A stretch of 64,000 bases of DNA, from positions 186,001-250,000 of the forward strand of contig ADNK01002290.1 in the NCBI GenBank assembly GCA_000320545.1. The letters run 5' to 3'. The stretch's first letter is position 1. Each line of letters begins with the position of its first letter. Both the position numbers and the translations under genes were made by a program. The notes under the pieces were generated by a model. The model was not told the origin of the DNA, searched no databases, and saw nothing but the letters and a program-made list of their open reading frames with translations. Shown here piece by piece: positions 36,742-49,228 of this stretch. Source of the stretch: Bigelowiella natans CCMP2755. Lineage: Eukaryota > Protista > Cercozoa.

Positions 36742-39700
36742 CGCATACGCATTCAAACGGTGTTTAATTCATATATAAAGGCATCTTCCGCATCACCTCT
36801 GGAGTACTGAAGATCGGGAATATCAGCTTCAACACGATCGGCGAGCGCAAGTGCAAGGTGGTGGCTCAGGAGGAAGTGCGGGACGCTGCCAGCTTGCTCG
36901 AGGTAAATGCCAAGGACTTGAACGAGGTGGTTACGAAGACAAAGCTCAAGGTCATCGGCCAAGCGCCCATTTCCGTAGGCCTTAGCGCCCAGCAAGCTAC
37001 CTCTGCCCGCGATGCACTTGCAAAGTTTGTGTATGAGAAGATGTTTGACTGGCTGGTCAAGAAGGTCAACGCTGTGGTTGAACCCTCCGGAGCAACACGC
37101 TACAGCATTGGAATCCTTGATATCTTTGGCTTCGAGATCTTCGAGGCCAACAGCTACGAGCAGCTCTGCATCAACTTCACAAATGAAAAGCTGCAGCAGT
37201 TCTTCAACTTCCATACTTTCAAGCAAGAGGAGAAGTGCTACCGCGAGGAAGGCATCAAATACAAGAAGGTGCCCTACATAGACAACCAACCTGTTTTGGA
37301 TCTTATCGAGAAAAAGCCCAGCGGCATCTTGCCTATGATAGATGAGGAGCTCATCGTACCCAAGGGCACAGACCTCACTCTGATCAAGAAGATGCATTCC
37401 AAACATGGCAACGATGCCAACTACCGAGAGGAGCGCAAGAAGCGTGTTGATCTCTTCACAGTTCTCCACTACGCAGGGGAGGTTACATACGACTCCAGAG
37501 GCTTTTTGGAGAAGGATCGTGACCGTCTCAACGATGAAGCGTAAGAATAATAATCACAATTTTCAAATACGCACTCATATTACTACTGCTGCTGCTGCCA
37601 AGCTGATAATTATAATAATGATAATAATGATAACAACAACAACAACAACAATATTAATGCATAAATGTAGTAGAGTGGTACATAAAGTTGCATCTCATCA
37701 TATTATGATTGATCAGGTATGCTCTCCTTTCGAAATCTACTTGCAAGTTCCTCTCCGCAATGTTCCCTGCCAAGAAAAAACGCAAGTCCGCAAAGCAGAG
37801 CACGCTAGGCTATCGTTTCTCGAAGCAGCTCGGGACATTGATGAAGGCACTTCATGCGACAGAGCCGCACTACATCCGCTGCATCAAACCTAACCCTAAT
37901 AAAGCCCCCCTGCAGTTCTGTGGCAAAATGAGCTTCGACCAGCTGCGTAACTCTGGAGTATTCGAGGCTGTCAAGATTCGTAAGGCAGGCTATCCTTTCC
38001 GCTACACGCATACGGAGTTCTTCTGGAGGTTTTCATGCACGATGCCCGAAAATCGAGGCAAATGGGGCCGTGATATGATCGGGAACTGCACTACCCTCAT
38101 CAAGAACTTTGGCCTTGACACCAAGGTAGTGCAGATTGGGCGCTCCAAGGTCCTTTATCGAGCGCCACAACATCGATTAATGGAATCGAAGCGACAAATT
38201 GCCGTGGAGCGCGTCGTCCGTTTCCTACAAAGAGTGTCACGTGGGTTCATTGCACGATGCCTCTTTAAGAGGATGAAGAAGATCATTCCCGTCTTGGAGC
38301 ACGCGCTCAAAGTTCGCAGTACGGACGCTCTCAAAGCCGCTCTCGCCCAAGCTGACACAGTTGGTTTCGAAATGAAGTTGATCAAGGACGCGCGTTGGCA
38401 ATTGCATGTCTTCGAAGAGGAGGAACGGGTCGAGAAGCTCTTGCAGACTCTTGTGCATGAAAATCCAGAGGAGTGCTTCGGAGAGCTCGCTGCCACACTC
38501 AAGACGTGCGAGGAGATCAAATACAGCTCCCCAATAGTCGAGCAGGCACGCAAAATCTTTGTGGTAGCACGCAAAGTGCGGGATGAGATCGATGAGGAGG
38601 GTGAAAAGGCTTTGGCATCACTGGAGGTGCACCAGCTGAAGAACACTCTTGACAAGGCGAATGCGCTCAAATTCCCACATCGCTCCCCAACGATCAATAA
38701 AATCATCGAGCTTTTGTACAACACCGCAAAGGATGAATTCGTCAAGCTGCAACTCAAGGCGTCTCTCAAACAGGGTGACAAGGCCCGGTTCATTGCTACC
38801 ACAATAAAGTTGAGAGAACTATCGCTCAATCGCACCAAAGAACTGTTCCGCTTCAGCCGTTTCAATCTCCTCTATGATTCAGAGGCCTGGGCCGGTAAGA
38901 AGCTCTTTTGCTTTGACAAGAAAGCACTTGCGCAGAGCTATAGGCGGCACACATCGCAGCCTATCCACCACTCCTTGATCAAGCTGTGGGACGACAAGAA
39001 GAATAAGAAGACAGCGCTCGTCCTCTTCAAGAATATCTTAGGCTACATGGGTGACCGACGCTATCAACAGGGGCAGGAAGTACTGCTCGCACAGGAAATC
39101 CTTAGCATGTGCGTCGATGTAAACGATCTTAGAATCGAGGTCTACTGCCAGCTGATGAAACAGCTCACTAGGAATCCAAGACCAGAAAGCATCAATAAGG
39201 GATGGGACCTTATGATGCTTTGCGTGTCCACCTTCCCGCCCCCCCCCGTTATCGAAAACTTCGTCGAGTTGTTTATTCGAGAAAATGCTCCCAAGAAACG
39301 GGTGGATCCGATGATAAATAATATGCACCACAAGATGTACGATCTGAAAGAGTCTGGCAGCACGCCTACCACCCCCTCCGCAAATAAAATGAACGATATC
39401 TTGGACGGCCGCTTGAAACGGGGGTCAATCTGTCACGGCTACAACACTTCCATCGCAGAGTTCGACCAGATCAAAAAGACCGGGCAACAGGAGGTTACCA
39501 ACGCCATCAATCTAGGTGCCAACGGCCTACCAACCGCTCCGGATCAAAAGCAAACCAAGACTGGTGGTGGTGGTGGTGGCGCGAAATCAATGAAAAGTCG
39601 ACAACAAGAGCGGCCTGTTAGAGAAGTCATACCACAGAGGCCACCGCGACCGGCAAATCCGCCACCAAATGCTGGGCTGCCACCTAACTGGAAAACGGCT

Positions 39701-39778
39701 ACGGATCCCGAGTCGGGAGATATTTACTACTACAACACAATTACCAAGGAAACATCATGGGACAAGCCAACAAGTTGA
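34572..39778 (+). CDS. Myosin with N-terminal WW, motor, IQ, MyTH4, Pro-rich and C-terminal WW domains (class IV-like)
   Basis: P-loop [60 protein letters not shown]. MyTH4 motifs LFKNILGYMGDR and EVYCQLMKQLTRNP..GWDLM..FPP. C-terminal WW LPPNW...YYYNTITKETSWDKP. Exons 34572-34621 + 34793-34856 splice to a WW: WEAKRAVDGSRYWYSPGLNKYSWAVP. Confidence 0.95.
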
Positions 39779-40480
39779 AGGAAAAGAAGACTGGAAACCG
39801 ATTCCTTTGGATGAGCACACACTAGTCTAGCAATGCTCATATAGTTGCAGTACAATATTTCTACTTTTGTTCGATTCGTCGCATTGAATGTACTACTAAA
39901 TGTCGCGGAATTCTGATTCCTGGATCACAGTGTATGAGAGTGTAAGAATGGGCGAGGGGTGACGCTACGTGCTCACAGTCGTTCTCTCCGCTGTCTGAGC
40001 TGTGGATTCCGAATCAACATTAGCACACGCACACCGAACATGGCATGGCTAGCTCGCTCTAATGCACAACACGCTAGCACGGCTCCATGTATGCAATGCA
40101 GCGTCGTAGCTGCTGCGCGTGTACACTGCGCTCCATCCCGCACACAGAATGACTGCGATTTTTGTCATGGCATCTACTTTGGCTAGATCGATCGCACACA
40201 TATCCACATCACACCTAGTTAGCTACTCGGCATGGTGGTTGTCACGCGCTGTGCCTTGTGAGTGCGTAGCTCATCATCGTCTCGTATGACATGTGCACAT
40301 GTGCACATATCAGACGATATCTAGATGTGATGGCAGCGTAGCCTATTGTAGACAGATGACTTTCAATCATGACTGCACACAAGGTAGTTGCAGCACGTTG
40401 TACAATTGCAACCTTGTTTAATGATAGACAATATAATATATGTAACATTTATACATTACTGTGTCTATTATTTTAATTAA

Positions 40481-42970
40481 CTACGTGCGGCATTCCCCAC
40501 AAGAAGCCATTCGTTTGCCTCCGATAACTGGTGCGAAGTAGTTGTATTTGGATGACGATGGGTTCTCAAAATCTAGGAAAGCATGCTTTATTGTTATGAG
40601 AAGAGATTTCAGCCTCTCCAGAACACCAACAAGATCATCCCGTGATGCCAATCCGTTGCTGCAGCAGATGGGCTGGCAAATATCGCCCGTCGTCGTCGTT
40701 GTCATCAGATTTGTCCCCGCGTTTGAGTCACTGCTACTATTATTTAATTGGGCATCATCACCATCTTTGATCCTCCCATCAAGCACCAGCACTCTATGGT
40801 AAATCGCATCCCCTAGTTTCTTCGCTGCTTTCTTTAGGGACGGCAACGTTGTGCCCCTGAATGACTTCTTGCTCTTGTAAGTGCGGATTTTGGTCATCTT
40901 CCCATCTTTGTCGCGCATGAACACGAACCGCCTCAGGCCGATGGCAGATGCCACGATGCTACATGTCTCTGCGATGATTCTGGCGTCCATAAAGCTTATT
41001 CTTATCGAAACCATAGCTATGAATTGATCAATTAGCTCCACAGCGTGTTGAGATGCCAGGTGCTCTTCCTTCGTCGAGTCCGTACGAAGCCATTTTGTCC
41101 TTAGTAAATCCTTTAGCACTCGGACCAAAGCAAATTGCAACGCTGTACTTGTAGTCGCAGCAGTGGTAGTTGTGGCAGCTGTGAGTGCATTATCTAAGGG
41201 GGCGAGAAGTAGCGCTTTGTAGAGTCTAGAAACGTGTTTTGGTGCAATTTCCGCCATAATGCCTTGGATGAGAATTACTTCCTCCCTTGCTGCTTCTGCT
41301 TCGCCTACTTCCGTTGATGTATCAAATAAAGCTTCTGAATTATAATTCAACATGAGGGCTAATGCTGCTAGAATATCATTGATTCGCGATTCATCGATGA
41401 CGACGCCAGTCCTGTTCTGCAATTGCACTGTCAACCTACGACGGAGTAGGCGGAGCTCAGGAAGGTCTTTACCAGAAAGCGTCAATGAGACGATCACCGA
41501 GGTCAGCATATGTAAAGCTCGGGGTCTCCTTTCTACCTTCTCCTCTTGTTGTTGATCTTGCTGCTGGGTTTTGGAGAAATTGGAAGTTTGGCCAATAGCT
41601 TTGTCACCCACGTAGCATACGTAGCTCGCCAGTCCCGTCACATCTAAGTTGGAAGAAGAGAAATACCCGCAGTTATCATTCTGATGATGTTGTTGCTGCC
41701 TTTTTGAGTCTTTTGATAGTAAGGCCTTATTTTCTTCTTCGCCTTCCGTTTCCGTCTGTTGATCTTGGTTGTTAAAGAATGAAAGAGGAAGACCAACGAT
41801 TTTCTTGAAAATTGATTCCCTATTCCGAACAACGTGATCGTAGCAAAACCTAAAAGGTTCGATCTTCAACGTTCCGAGCATCTTTGTTGTTAAGTCAGAG
41901 AGCCTCTTCATAATTGCATTCTGTTGTTCAGCTGGCCGAAGCAATGCACGAAATCTCATTATTATTAGGAGGAGTTTGAGAAAGGCAAGCTTCACCGTGG
42001 TCTCCGATTCCTCCATACCATCGCGTTGTAGCTTCGTAAATATTTCGGATGAAAAATTAACGCTCGCTTTCAAATAACATTTGAAGGAATTCTCGACTGA
42101 GTCTCCGAAGCTGACGATATGCCGACTGCAGCTTTCATATGCAAATGCATCACCTTGGCTTTTCTTCTTGACCAAAGAGCGTACATGGATTACTGCCTCA
42201 CGAATTCGCACCAGCTGTAGCTTGATCACTTCGGTAAATGACTGCAGGTGCATGGATCTTCTTCGTGAAGGTTTCATGATTTTGAACGCTGTCTGAAATA
42301 GTAGCAGTGAATCCTCAAACAGAACGGTGCCCCGCACAGCTTCATCTACGACCACTGAGCCCTCAACGAAAGCATCTGCATTTCGCATGGCTGATAAACC
42401 GTTCTCAAGGAGTAGCATCGTTTCACGAGGAGGACAGTTACGACAAAGCCAAAGAAGAGATGACATTGCAGCTTTGCGAATCTCCGGATGCTCGCACGGA
42501 GTGTTCATCACCTTTCCCCCTTCTTTTGACTCCGTAGGCTTCGCCCCTTTTTCTTCGTAATTTGTATTAAATTCTTCGTTATTTGTATCATCATCCTCAG
42601 AGTTCCATTCACCCTTAAGGCCACCATGTGTGTCTTCTCCCCAATCAGCTTCTTCTTCACCCACGTCCTCATCCCATCTGTCTTCGCTGCTACCTTCCTC
42701 TTTCGTGTTGCAGTCGGTTGAAGAATACACTGCACATAACAAGATTTCGATTAGTTCGAAACCTAGTTGATGAAATTCCTCCTTTAATAGGTTCTTCGTG
42801 ATCCATTGAAGCACCGATATGAAACTGGAATGGTGCTCCCTTGCGTTCCCTAGCGTTTTTTTCACAGTTTGTAATAGCTGGTGGTTGCTATCCCATGATG
42901 GTGATGATGCCACGCCATCCACATTCCTGCTTTTATATTCATGAAGACTTTCCCCCAGCGCCTTCAACAT
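40481..42970 (-). CDS. Alpha-helical protein, weakly glomulin/ALF4/Ybp1-like; long single ORF
   Basis: Uninterrupted ORF with first ATG at 42970 (~829 aa). LGFELIEILL and CRNCPPRETMLLLENGL resemble the GWDL and SPxE motifs of glomulin/ALF4/Ybp1. CDS is confident; family is tentative. Confidence 0.7.
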   Translation of the reverse strand: MLKALGESLHEYKSRNVDGVASSPSWDSNHQLLQTVKKTLGNAREHHSSFISVLQWITKNLLKEEFHQLGFELIEILLCAVYSSTDCNTKEEGSSEDRWDEDVGEEEADWGEDTHGGLKGEWNSEDDDTNNEEFNTNYEEKGAKPTESKEGGKVMNTPCEHPEIRKAAMSSLLWLCRNCPPRETMLLLENGLSAMRNADAFVEGSVVVDEAVRGTVLFEDSLLLFQTAFKIMKPSRRRSMHLQSFTEVIKLQLVRIREAVIHVRSLVKKKSQGDAFAYESCSRHIVSFGDSVENSFKCYLKASVNFSSEIFTKLQRDGMEESETTVKLAFLKLLLIIMRFRALLRPAEQQNAIMKRLSDLTTKMLGTLKIEPFRFCYDHVVRNRESIFKKIVGLPLSFFNNQDQQTETEGEEENKALLSKDSKRQQQHHQNDNCGYFSSSNLDVTGLASYVCYVGDKAIGQTSNFSKTQQQDQQQEEKVERRPRALHMLTSVIVSLTLSGKDLPELRLLRRRLTVQLQNRTGVVIDESRINDILAALALMLNYNSEALFDTSTEVGEAEAAREEVILIQGIMAEIAPKHVSRLYKALLLAPLDNALTAATTTTAATTSTALQFALVRVLKDLLRTKWLRTDSTKEEHLASQHAVELIDQFIAMVSIRISFMDARIIAETCSIVASAIGLRRFVFMRDKDGKMTKIRTYKSKKSFRGTTLPSLKKAAKKLGDAIYHRVLVLDGRIKDGDDAQLNNSSSDSNAGTNLMTTTTTGDICQPICCSNGLASRDDLVGVLERLKSLLITIKHAFLDFENPSSSKYNYFAPVIGGKRMASCGECRT

Positions 42971-43331
42971 TGGATTCCAGTGGGGGGAGAGCGACCCCGA
43001 TGCGAGTCCGAATCGACGCCGGCGAGGGGAAGGGAGGAGGAGGATAACGAAGGATATCACTGAACTGTAGGGGATCTATATAAGACGACAAGCCAGTATA
43101 TCTGAGATTGGACGAAAATCCCATGTCGTCTGCAGCAGCATTCGCATTTTTCTCTTCGAATAGAAAGAGCGTTTTGGTGGTGGGCCACGGCTTTGCTTTC
43201 ATCAGTTGGAAGGAAGGAAGGAACGAACGAAAAAGGAAGCACAAGACGTCTTTTACATCGAGACAACGAAGAGCAATTGGGGTAAAGCATCTCTACACAC
43301 AGCCACACGTACAGTCATCGCATAGGACATC
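42971..43331. promoter_or_regulatory. Probable short bidirectional promoter
   Basis: ~360 bp between divergent start codons at 42970(-) and 43332(+). No specific element identified. Confidence 0.4.
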
Positions 43332-45923
43332 ATGAAAGCAGTTGGCGCTGCTTCAAACGAAGAGGAGGCTGGCATGTTCGAGTTGATAAAGACATCGACT
43401 TCTCAGTTTCTTGCACTTCAATCTGTGTCTCGGCACGTCAAAATTAATGAGGAGGCTGTTGCAAAGTTTGCAGCTACTATCGGGCCAAAAGAACTACAAT
43501 CTGCGACACGCACACCATTCCCTCTGAAATTTAAGGTCAGTCATGCTGCGCAGTCCCAGCGTGGCATAGATGAGTCGAATTTATTTCCCAGCTAAAAATC
43601 TAACCGATTTCGTTAATAAATTGATAAATTTTGTCAGGATCGGGCATCCGAGTTGAATTTTCTCGGGCTTCTTCATGCTCTTAACTTTGGCTCCGGTTAC
43701 AGGGAGTTGCTGCACCAACACTGTAATCGCGGTGCGTACGAAACAATCGCTCACGGCTGCATCGGAGCTCACATCTCCCAGACAATCAATGCGGACTTTC
43801 TTCTGAACCTTAAGCTCGTCGATATTCCGCAGCTTTTTGGTATCCCTTTAGACATGGATGTAGAGATAAAGCCTGCAATTCATTCCACGAAACATAGTCC
43901 TGTGCGGCCCCTTGCGGCAAAGATTGTCGCTGTTTGCAATAAGATGGGTCGTACAATGCGCGCTCGACAGTGGGAAGGATTCAGCGACTTCGTCATGGAA
44001 ACACTTGAAGATATACGAGGAGTAGGCCCAGGGGGGCAATCGAAGCAGCGCAAAGGTAGCAGTCGACCCGCTGCAGACTTCGTGAAAGAGCTTGGCAAAG
44101 CTTTCCCCTCCGTTTTCAAAGATGTTTACGAGTTCAAACAGCAAAGTGGTGATAGTACCAACACCATAGAGGAAGGGAAAGAAAACAAACAAGATCCTGC
44201 CTCCACAAGTACCACGGTGGGGATGGTGCACATCTACAAAAAAGCACAGCTTCTCGTGAACGAGCTGCATAGAAGATTCAAGGACGAAGACCCCTCACTT
44301 TTTGACTTCGAGGACATCGATAACATGACTGTTTGCGCTGACAACGTGCTGCCTGCCGCTTTGCGTCACTATGGAATATTGGAGTATTCGGAGGAGCTTG
44401 GGAGGAGAGTTGACTCACGGTGCCCCCTCAAAAACAGGGAGATGGAGTGCGCAATGCGTGCCGGGAGCATTGTTGCTTGCGAGATGATTCTGAAAGAGCT
44501 GAAGGCACGATCTAGTGATTGGAATACGAAGGTAGCAGTGTTTCAGAATTAGTGATTTGATGGTAGATGAATGAATGGTCTAATGCATGCAATGTCATCC
44601 ACCATTCGAGTCTATTTTGCAAGAAATTAAATTCAATCTAACAATGCCTTTTGTTTTTTTTCGATTTCATCATCGGGGAACAAGAAGCGGAGAAAGAATG
44701 TCGGTGAAAACCCAGGCGGCAAGAAACTTGAGGCCACCTATTCACATCCAAAATGTCGACCCCTCTCAGATTCAGATCTCAAGAAAGCAAGTCAAGCATT
44801 CTTCATATTCTTTTCTTATTAAATTTTGGTGTTCATCATCATCATTATTAGCATCATGAATATCAGTAACAATACTGAGCCAATATTATTCCGTAGGGGA
44901 ACAACAACTAGAAGAATTGGAAGATCATAGCTACGGCTGCATCGTGCTATCTTCTTCCGCCTCTCGTTCTTCTAGCGAGAACGAATCTGAACAACAACTG
45001 CCGCAGCATACATGCGTGCTGCTAATCAAGCCCAAAAAGACAAGCAAGGGCTATGTTTTTCCAAAAGGCCATCCTGATCCTGGTGAAAAGATGGAGGATT
45101 GCGCATGCCGAGAGACAAGGGAGGAAACTGGGGTGACACCGTCAGGGCATCTTCAAAGTGCTTATGCTGAAAGGGGCTACAGCTTCATCGGAAAGCTTCA
45201 TAGCGACAAATGGAAGAAACATGCAGCATACCCTGACGAAGCAAAGCGGCCCATCCTTGTCGTGCATAAAATCGTTCGTCTATACTTCGCCTGGTGCTCT
45301 ACATTGGTAAGAAACTGGAATAGATGAGAATCTGTGAGGGGGTAAGGTTGAGATGGAGGTCTGTGACATTCTGTTGGTCTTATGTTGTTACCGTTGCTCC
45401 TTCTGCGCTAATATTTATGAGCCTTTAGTCCATTACTGCTAGAGAATAAAAAGAAGAAGATGAAGAACAGTCTGGAGGAGAAACAAAGATTTTTTCCTAT
45501 TTTTATATTTGTGTCATTTTTACTTTGCTACTTTTAAGTGCCGCCTCCTCCCCCCCCCCTCAGAACACATCTCAACTGCGACCCAATTCAGAGGCTCATG
45601 AGGTGGTCTGGGTACCATTACAGGAGGCAGAACAAAAGTTAACATTCCAAGAGGATAAGGACATGTTACGAGAAGTGCTTCGTACTAATCAAGTTATGAC
45701 AAAGTTGAGTGCCCTCAAGTGGGAAATTCCCAAAAAATATCAAAAGGGAAGTGCAGGTGATAGCAAGCAGGGTGTGGATAACCGTAGAGACGATTTTGAG
45801 GATGATCCGAGCAAGCTAGCTACTAGCGATGCCTTGGACTTCTACTTGTGGAGGGAAGTAGGCAAATTGCCTCAAGTGCGAAAGGAACCAAGACATCTCA
45901 TGCAAGATACCGTGTTCTATTGA
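43332..45923 (+). CDS. Queuosine salvage protein (QNG1/DUF2419 family) with an inserted Nudix hydrolase domain
   Basis: Exons 43332-43535, 43638-44531, 44685-44790, 44897-45306, 45564-45923 splice in frame. Q-salvage motifs HVKINEE, ALNFGSG, FPSVFKD, YKKAQL, TVCADNVLPAALRHYGILEYS, ECAMRAGSIVACE and terminal LDFYLW...RHLMQDTVFY. Nudix box FPKGHPDPGEKMEDCACRETREETGV. Confidence 0.85.
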
Positions 45924-46648
45924 AGCAAGCTGGCATATCTAGTATATGTGTGTGCATATCCACATATGTGAGCATTGTAGTAACTTAGCTAATTCGAAAT
46001 GTTCTTCACGTAATAGCGTACAGGCGTGTTACTCGAGTTGGCCATGCTAGCATGATAGAAGTGCATATGCTCAGTGCATATACTAGACATATGATGCTAA
46101 TAGTGTACGGTATAGTGTTGCTATCCGTAGATGTCGCAGCTATACAGTATAGCTAGCAGTAGTTTCCTAGAATCACAATGCGCGACTATTGCTGACACAT
46201 AGCAAGATGTAGACCACAGTAGAGTGCGCACGTACATCTAGACATGCGCATGACACCTACTCCAAACGAGTGCTGTGTATAGAAATGCACAACACGCGTG
46301 CATATTGATCATTGTCTATAGCTTGATAGCCGTACGGACAAAATTGTTATTAGCATTGCTAGATTGAAGTATGTTTACATGTGTATGTGTGTAAATGTTC
46401 TTTTTTTAATTAATAATGCTTCTCGTACGACGTCTAGACGTACACGGGGAAGCCCTAAAGTAATGTGGGATCTATGTGCTGCCCCCCCGTGTTAACTCTT
46501 AGGAGTGTTCAGGGTGACGAGAAGGTGTCTAATGGCTATAATATTGATGACTGATACAATGAGTATCCAGATACCAGTGTGTAAAACACATATGCCGGCG
46601 GTGTTTTGCATGATACGATCTCATTTGATGTTAAACTGCATTTCAGCA

Positions 46649-46800
46649 TCATCTAGTGGCTAAAGCGTCCGTTGCCAGCTTCAGTGGCACGGAAGACCTT
46701 CGTCTGGGTTTTACAGGCGTGTTCAATTTGAGTAACTCGCTCTCTAATGTGACCTCCTCAGCCAATTTGTTCCTCACTGCATAGTTAACAGAGCACATAC

Positions 46801-46835
<35 letters not shown>

Positions 46836-49228
46836 GCACACAATGAAGGCAGATGCTTTCAAATAGGTTCCCTAATTGTGATAGCATTAATCATTACCTA
46901 ATTTCTGCAAGTTGCTTCGCTCTCCTCGAAGCCGCTGGAGTTCATTTTCCAACTCGCACACACGTTGGTGCTCTTGCTTCAGCAGCTAAGAGGAAGCAAC
47001 AGAGTGACCAAGATCATTATGGCGTTGGAGGACATATTTGTGCTTTATATCTCTTTACTCATCATTTTGAACACCACTTCTATAAAATTAAAACAGTAGT
47101 AATCATGCAACCTGACATCCCTTAGTCTTGAGCTGGTCTAGTTGTGCTTGGACCCGCTCAGATGCCTATGGTTGTGTTCCATCGGGTATAATAATGTCAA
47201 CAAAGTCAAAAGACCACAGGTGGCCCAACCACCAGCAGGTGCTTTCTACGAAGAAACTCGAAGAAGCGTATTGATACAAAAATTACCCCCGAAAAAACAT
47301 TCCCACACCCACACCCCCACACCAACACCACTAAATCCACAGTGGAATATACCCCTATCAATTGTCGTAGTAATCGCTGGTAGTAGTTAGTAGTAGTAGT
47401 AGTAGTAGTAGTAGTAGCACAAACACATGGTAGAAGTAAAACACCTCCTCGCTGCTAGCCTCTTTGATCTGCTGAACGGCATCAACGTGTATGAGAATGT
47501 TACTTTTCGTTCTATCGGGCTCTACCCAAGACGTCTTGTTCAGAGCAGGGTTGAAGTAGTACATACACTCAGTTTTCTCATCCAAGTACCTATTAATAAT
47601 GATGTGGTGATGAAACAGATGACGTTAGTAGGTAGGGTGTTGGATATCGTGTGATATTTCTAAAACATTGACAAATTAAAACTCACGCTCCCCCACCCCC
47701 CCCCCCACCGCCCCCCTCTCTTCTCTTGTTCAACCCTATCCATATATCCGGTAGTTTGTCCTGACAGGAAAAAGCACATAAATAGTTTGAGGCATATCAG
47801 TTGTAAGCAACTTGCAGGATCACACAACTTCAAACGCTATCTTTCGCAAACTTATTGGTGTGGTTATGTAGTCTTTGGAACTGTAAGGAAAAGAAACAAC
47901 TCCCGCTCTCTCGCTCTCGCGCGCTCTCTCTCTCTCTCTCTCACCGTAACAAGAAGAGGCAACAGCACAATCTAGTGCTTCAACATTGCTTTTGCTGCAC
48001 TATTGCTGCTACTATTGGCAGTCTACTTTTGCTATTATAATTATTATCATCATGCTAATAATCGGATCATTCTCCTCATCTTACCGGGAGACCAAGATCC
48101 TCGCTGTCAAAGGAGGCGAGGGAGAACGTAGAGGACATGCGTTTGTGCCCGACTCCATCAGCCCCTCGAGATGTACTCGACCGCCTCGCGATGGCAGTAG
48201 CCGACGAAGACAGCTCTGATCCATCCGAAAGCTGAAAATCAAACAGATAAGTTGCTTATATCCTTGAAGTCATCATAAGCCAAGCTAAAAATCACTCTTG
48301 GGAGTGCTACAGATTTAGTTGTAACATTCTGAATAGATGCTCTACTCATACCACTGAGGGGGGTGCAGACTGCGTCGAGACCTGCGACTTTATGGAGGAC
48401 GTCAAATCTTGAATGTCTGGAAGACAACATGTCAGCGTCGCTATCACTTCATCTCCTATTAATTGAGCTACCTAGATCGCACTCATCACTATTTCTTAAA
48501 TCGTTTTTACGTTCCGCATTGCTCGGCTCTTGATTGCCATCATTATGTCCTGATTCTGGAAGGCAGGCTCATGTCAAACGATGCAAGTGCGTAGAACATA
48601 ATCATACTGCCTGTAGGTAATACCTTTGTTACTCTTCTTCTCTTTGTTTGCCACAACAGGCTTAGCTGGGCGGCGATCTCCTTCAGGAGGAGTGCTATTT
48701 CCTAGGGCCTCCTGATAAGCCTTAGAGGTTTCTTCTATTTTGTACCGAAGACGCTCAATCTAAATAGGACCATAATATCATCACGACAACAGAATGCCCC
48801 TCGCCCCCCCCCCACACTCTCTTTCTCATTCACAACCTCTCGCTCGAGTCTGGCCTCGTTACGTTTTTCTTCACCCAGCATAATTTTGTATTTCTCGACG
48901 ATAGCATGTAGCCTTTCATTCTGTAATTGCATAGCCACGTTGGTCATCGTCATGCTTATAAACAGGCGTCTTGAAAAATGATTGCGATCTACAGCTACAC
49001 AACCTCTTTTGCTTCGTCAAGATTATTGTTGGCAGCATCTCCTCTCTTGGTTGACCAGGCTTCTTCTACAAGATGGCCCATCATCAGAAATAAATTACTG
49101 TGCTTATTATCAGGAGCAGATGCAGAATTACTTCTATAAGATTTGTAGACAACATATGCCATGGTAGCCATGCCTCCGACAGCAGCGGCTGATACTACCA
49201 GAGCTCTGGAGGAGGACCCTATCATCAT
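46649..49228 (-). CDS. Membrane-anchored coiled-coil protein with WW domain, multi-exon
   Basis: N-terminal anchor ALVVSAAAVGGMATMAYVVYKSYR; coiled coils at ~48810-48950 and ~46900-46985; WW DEKTECMYYFNPALNKTSWVEP at 47510-47590. Exon joins not fully resolved. Confidence 0.6.
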
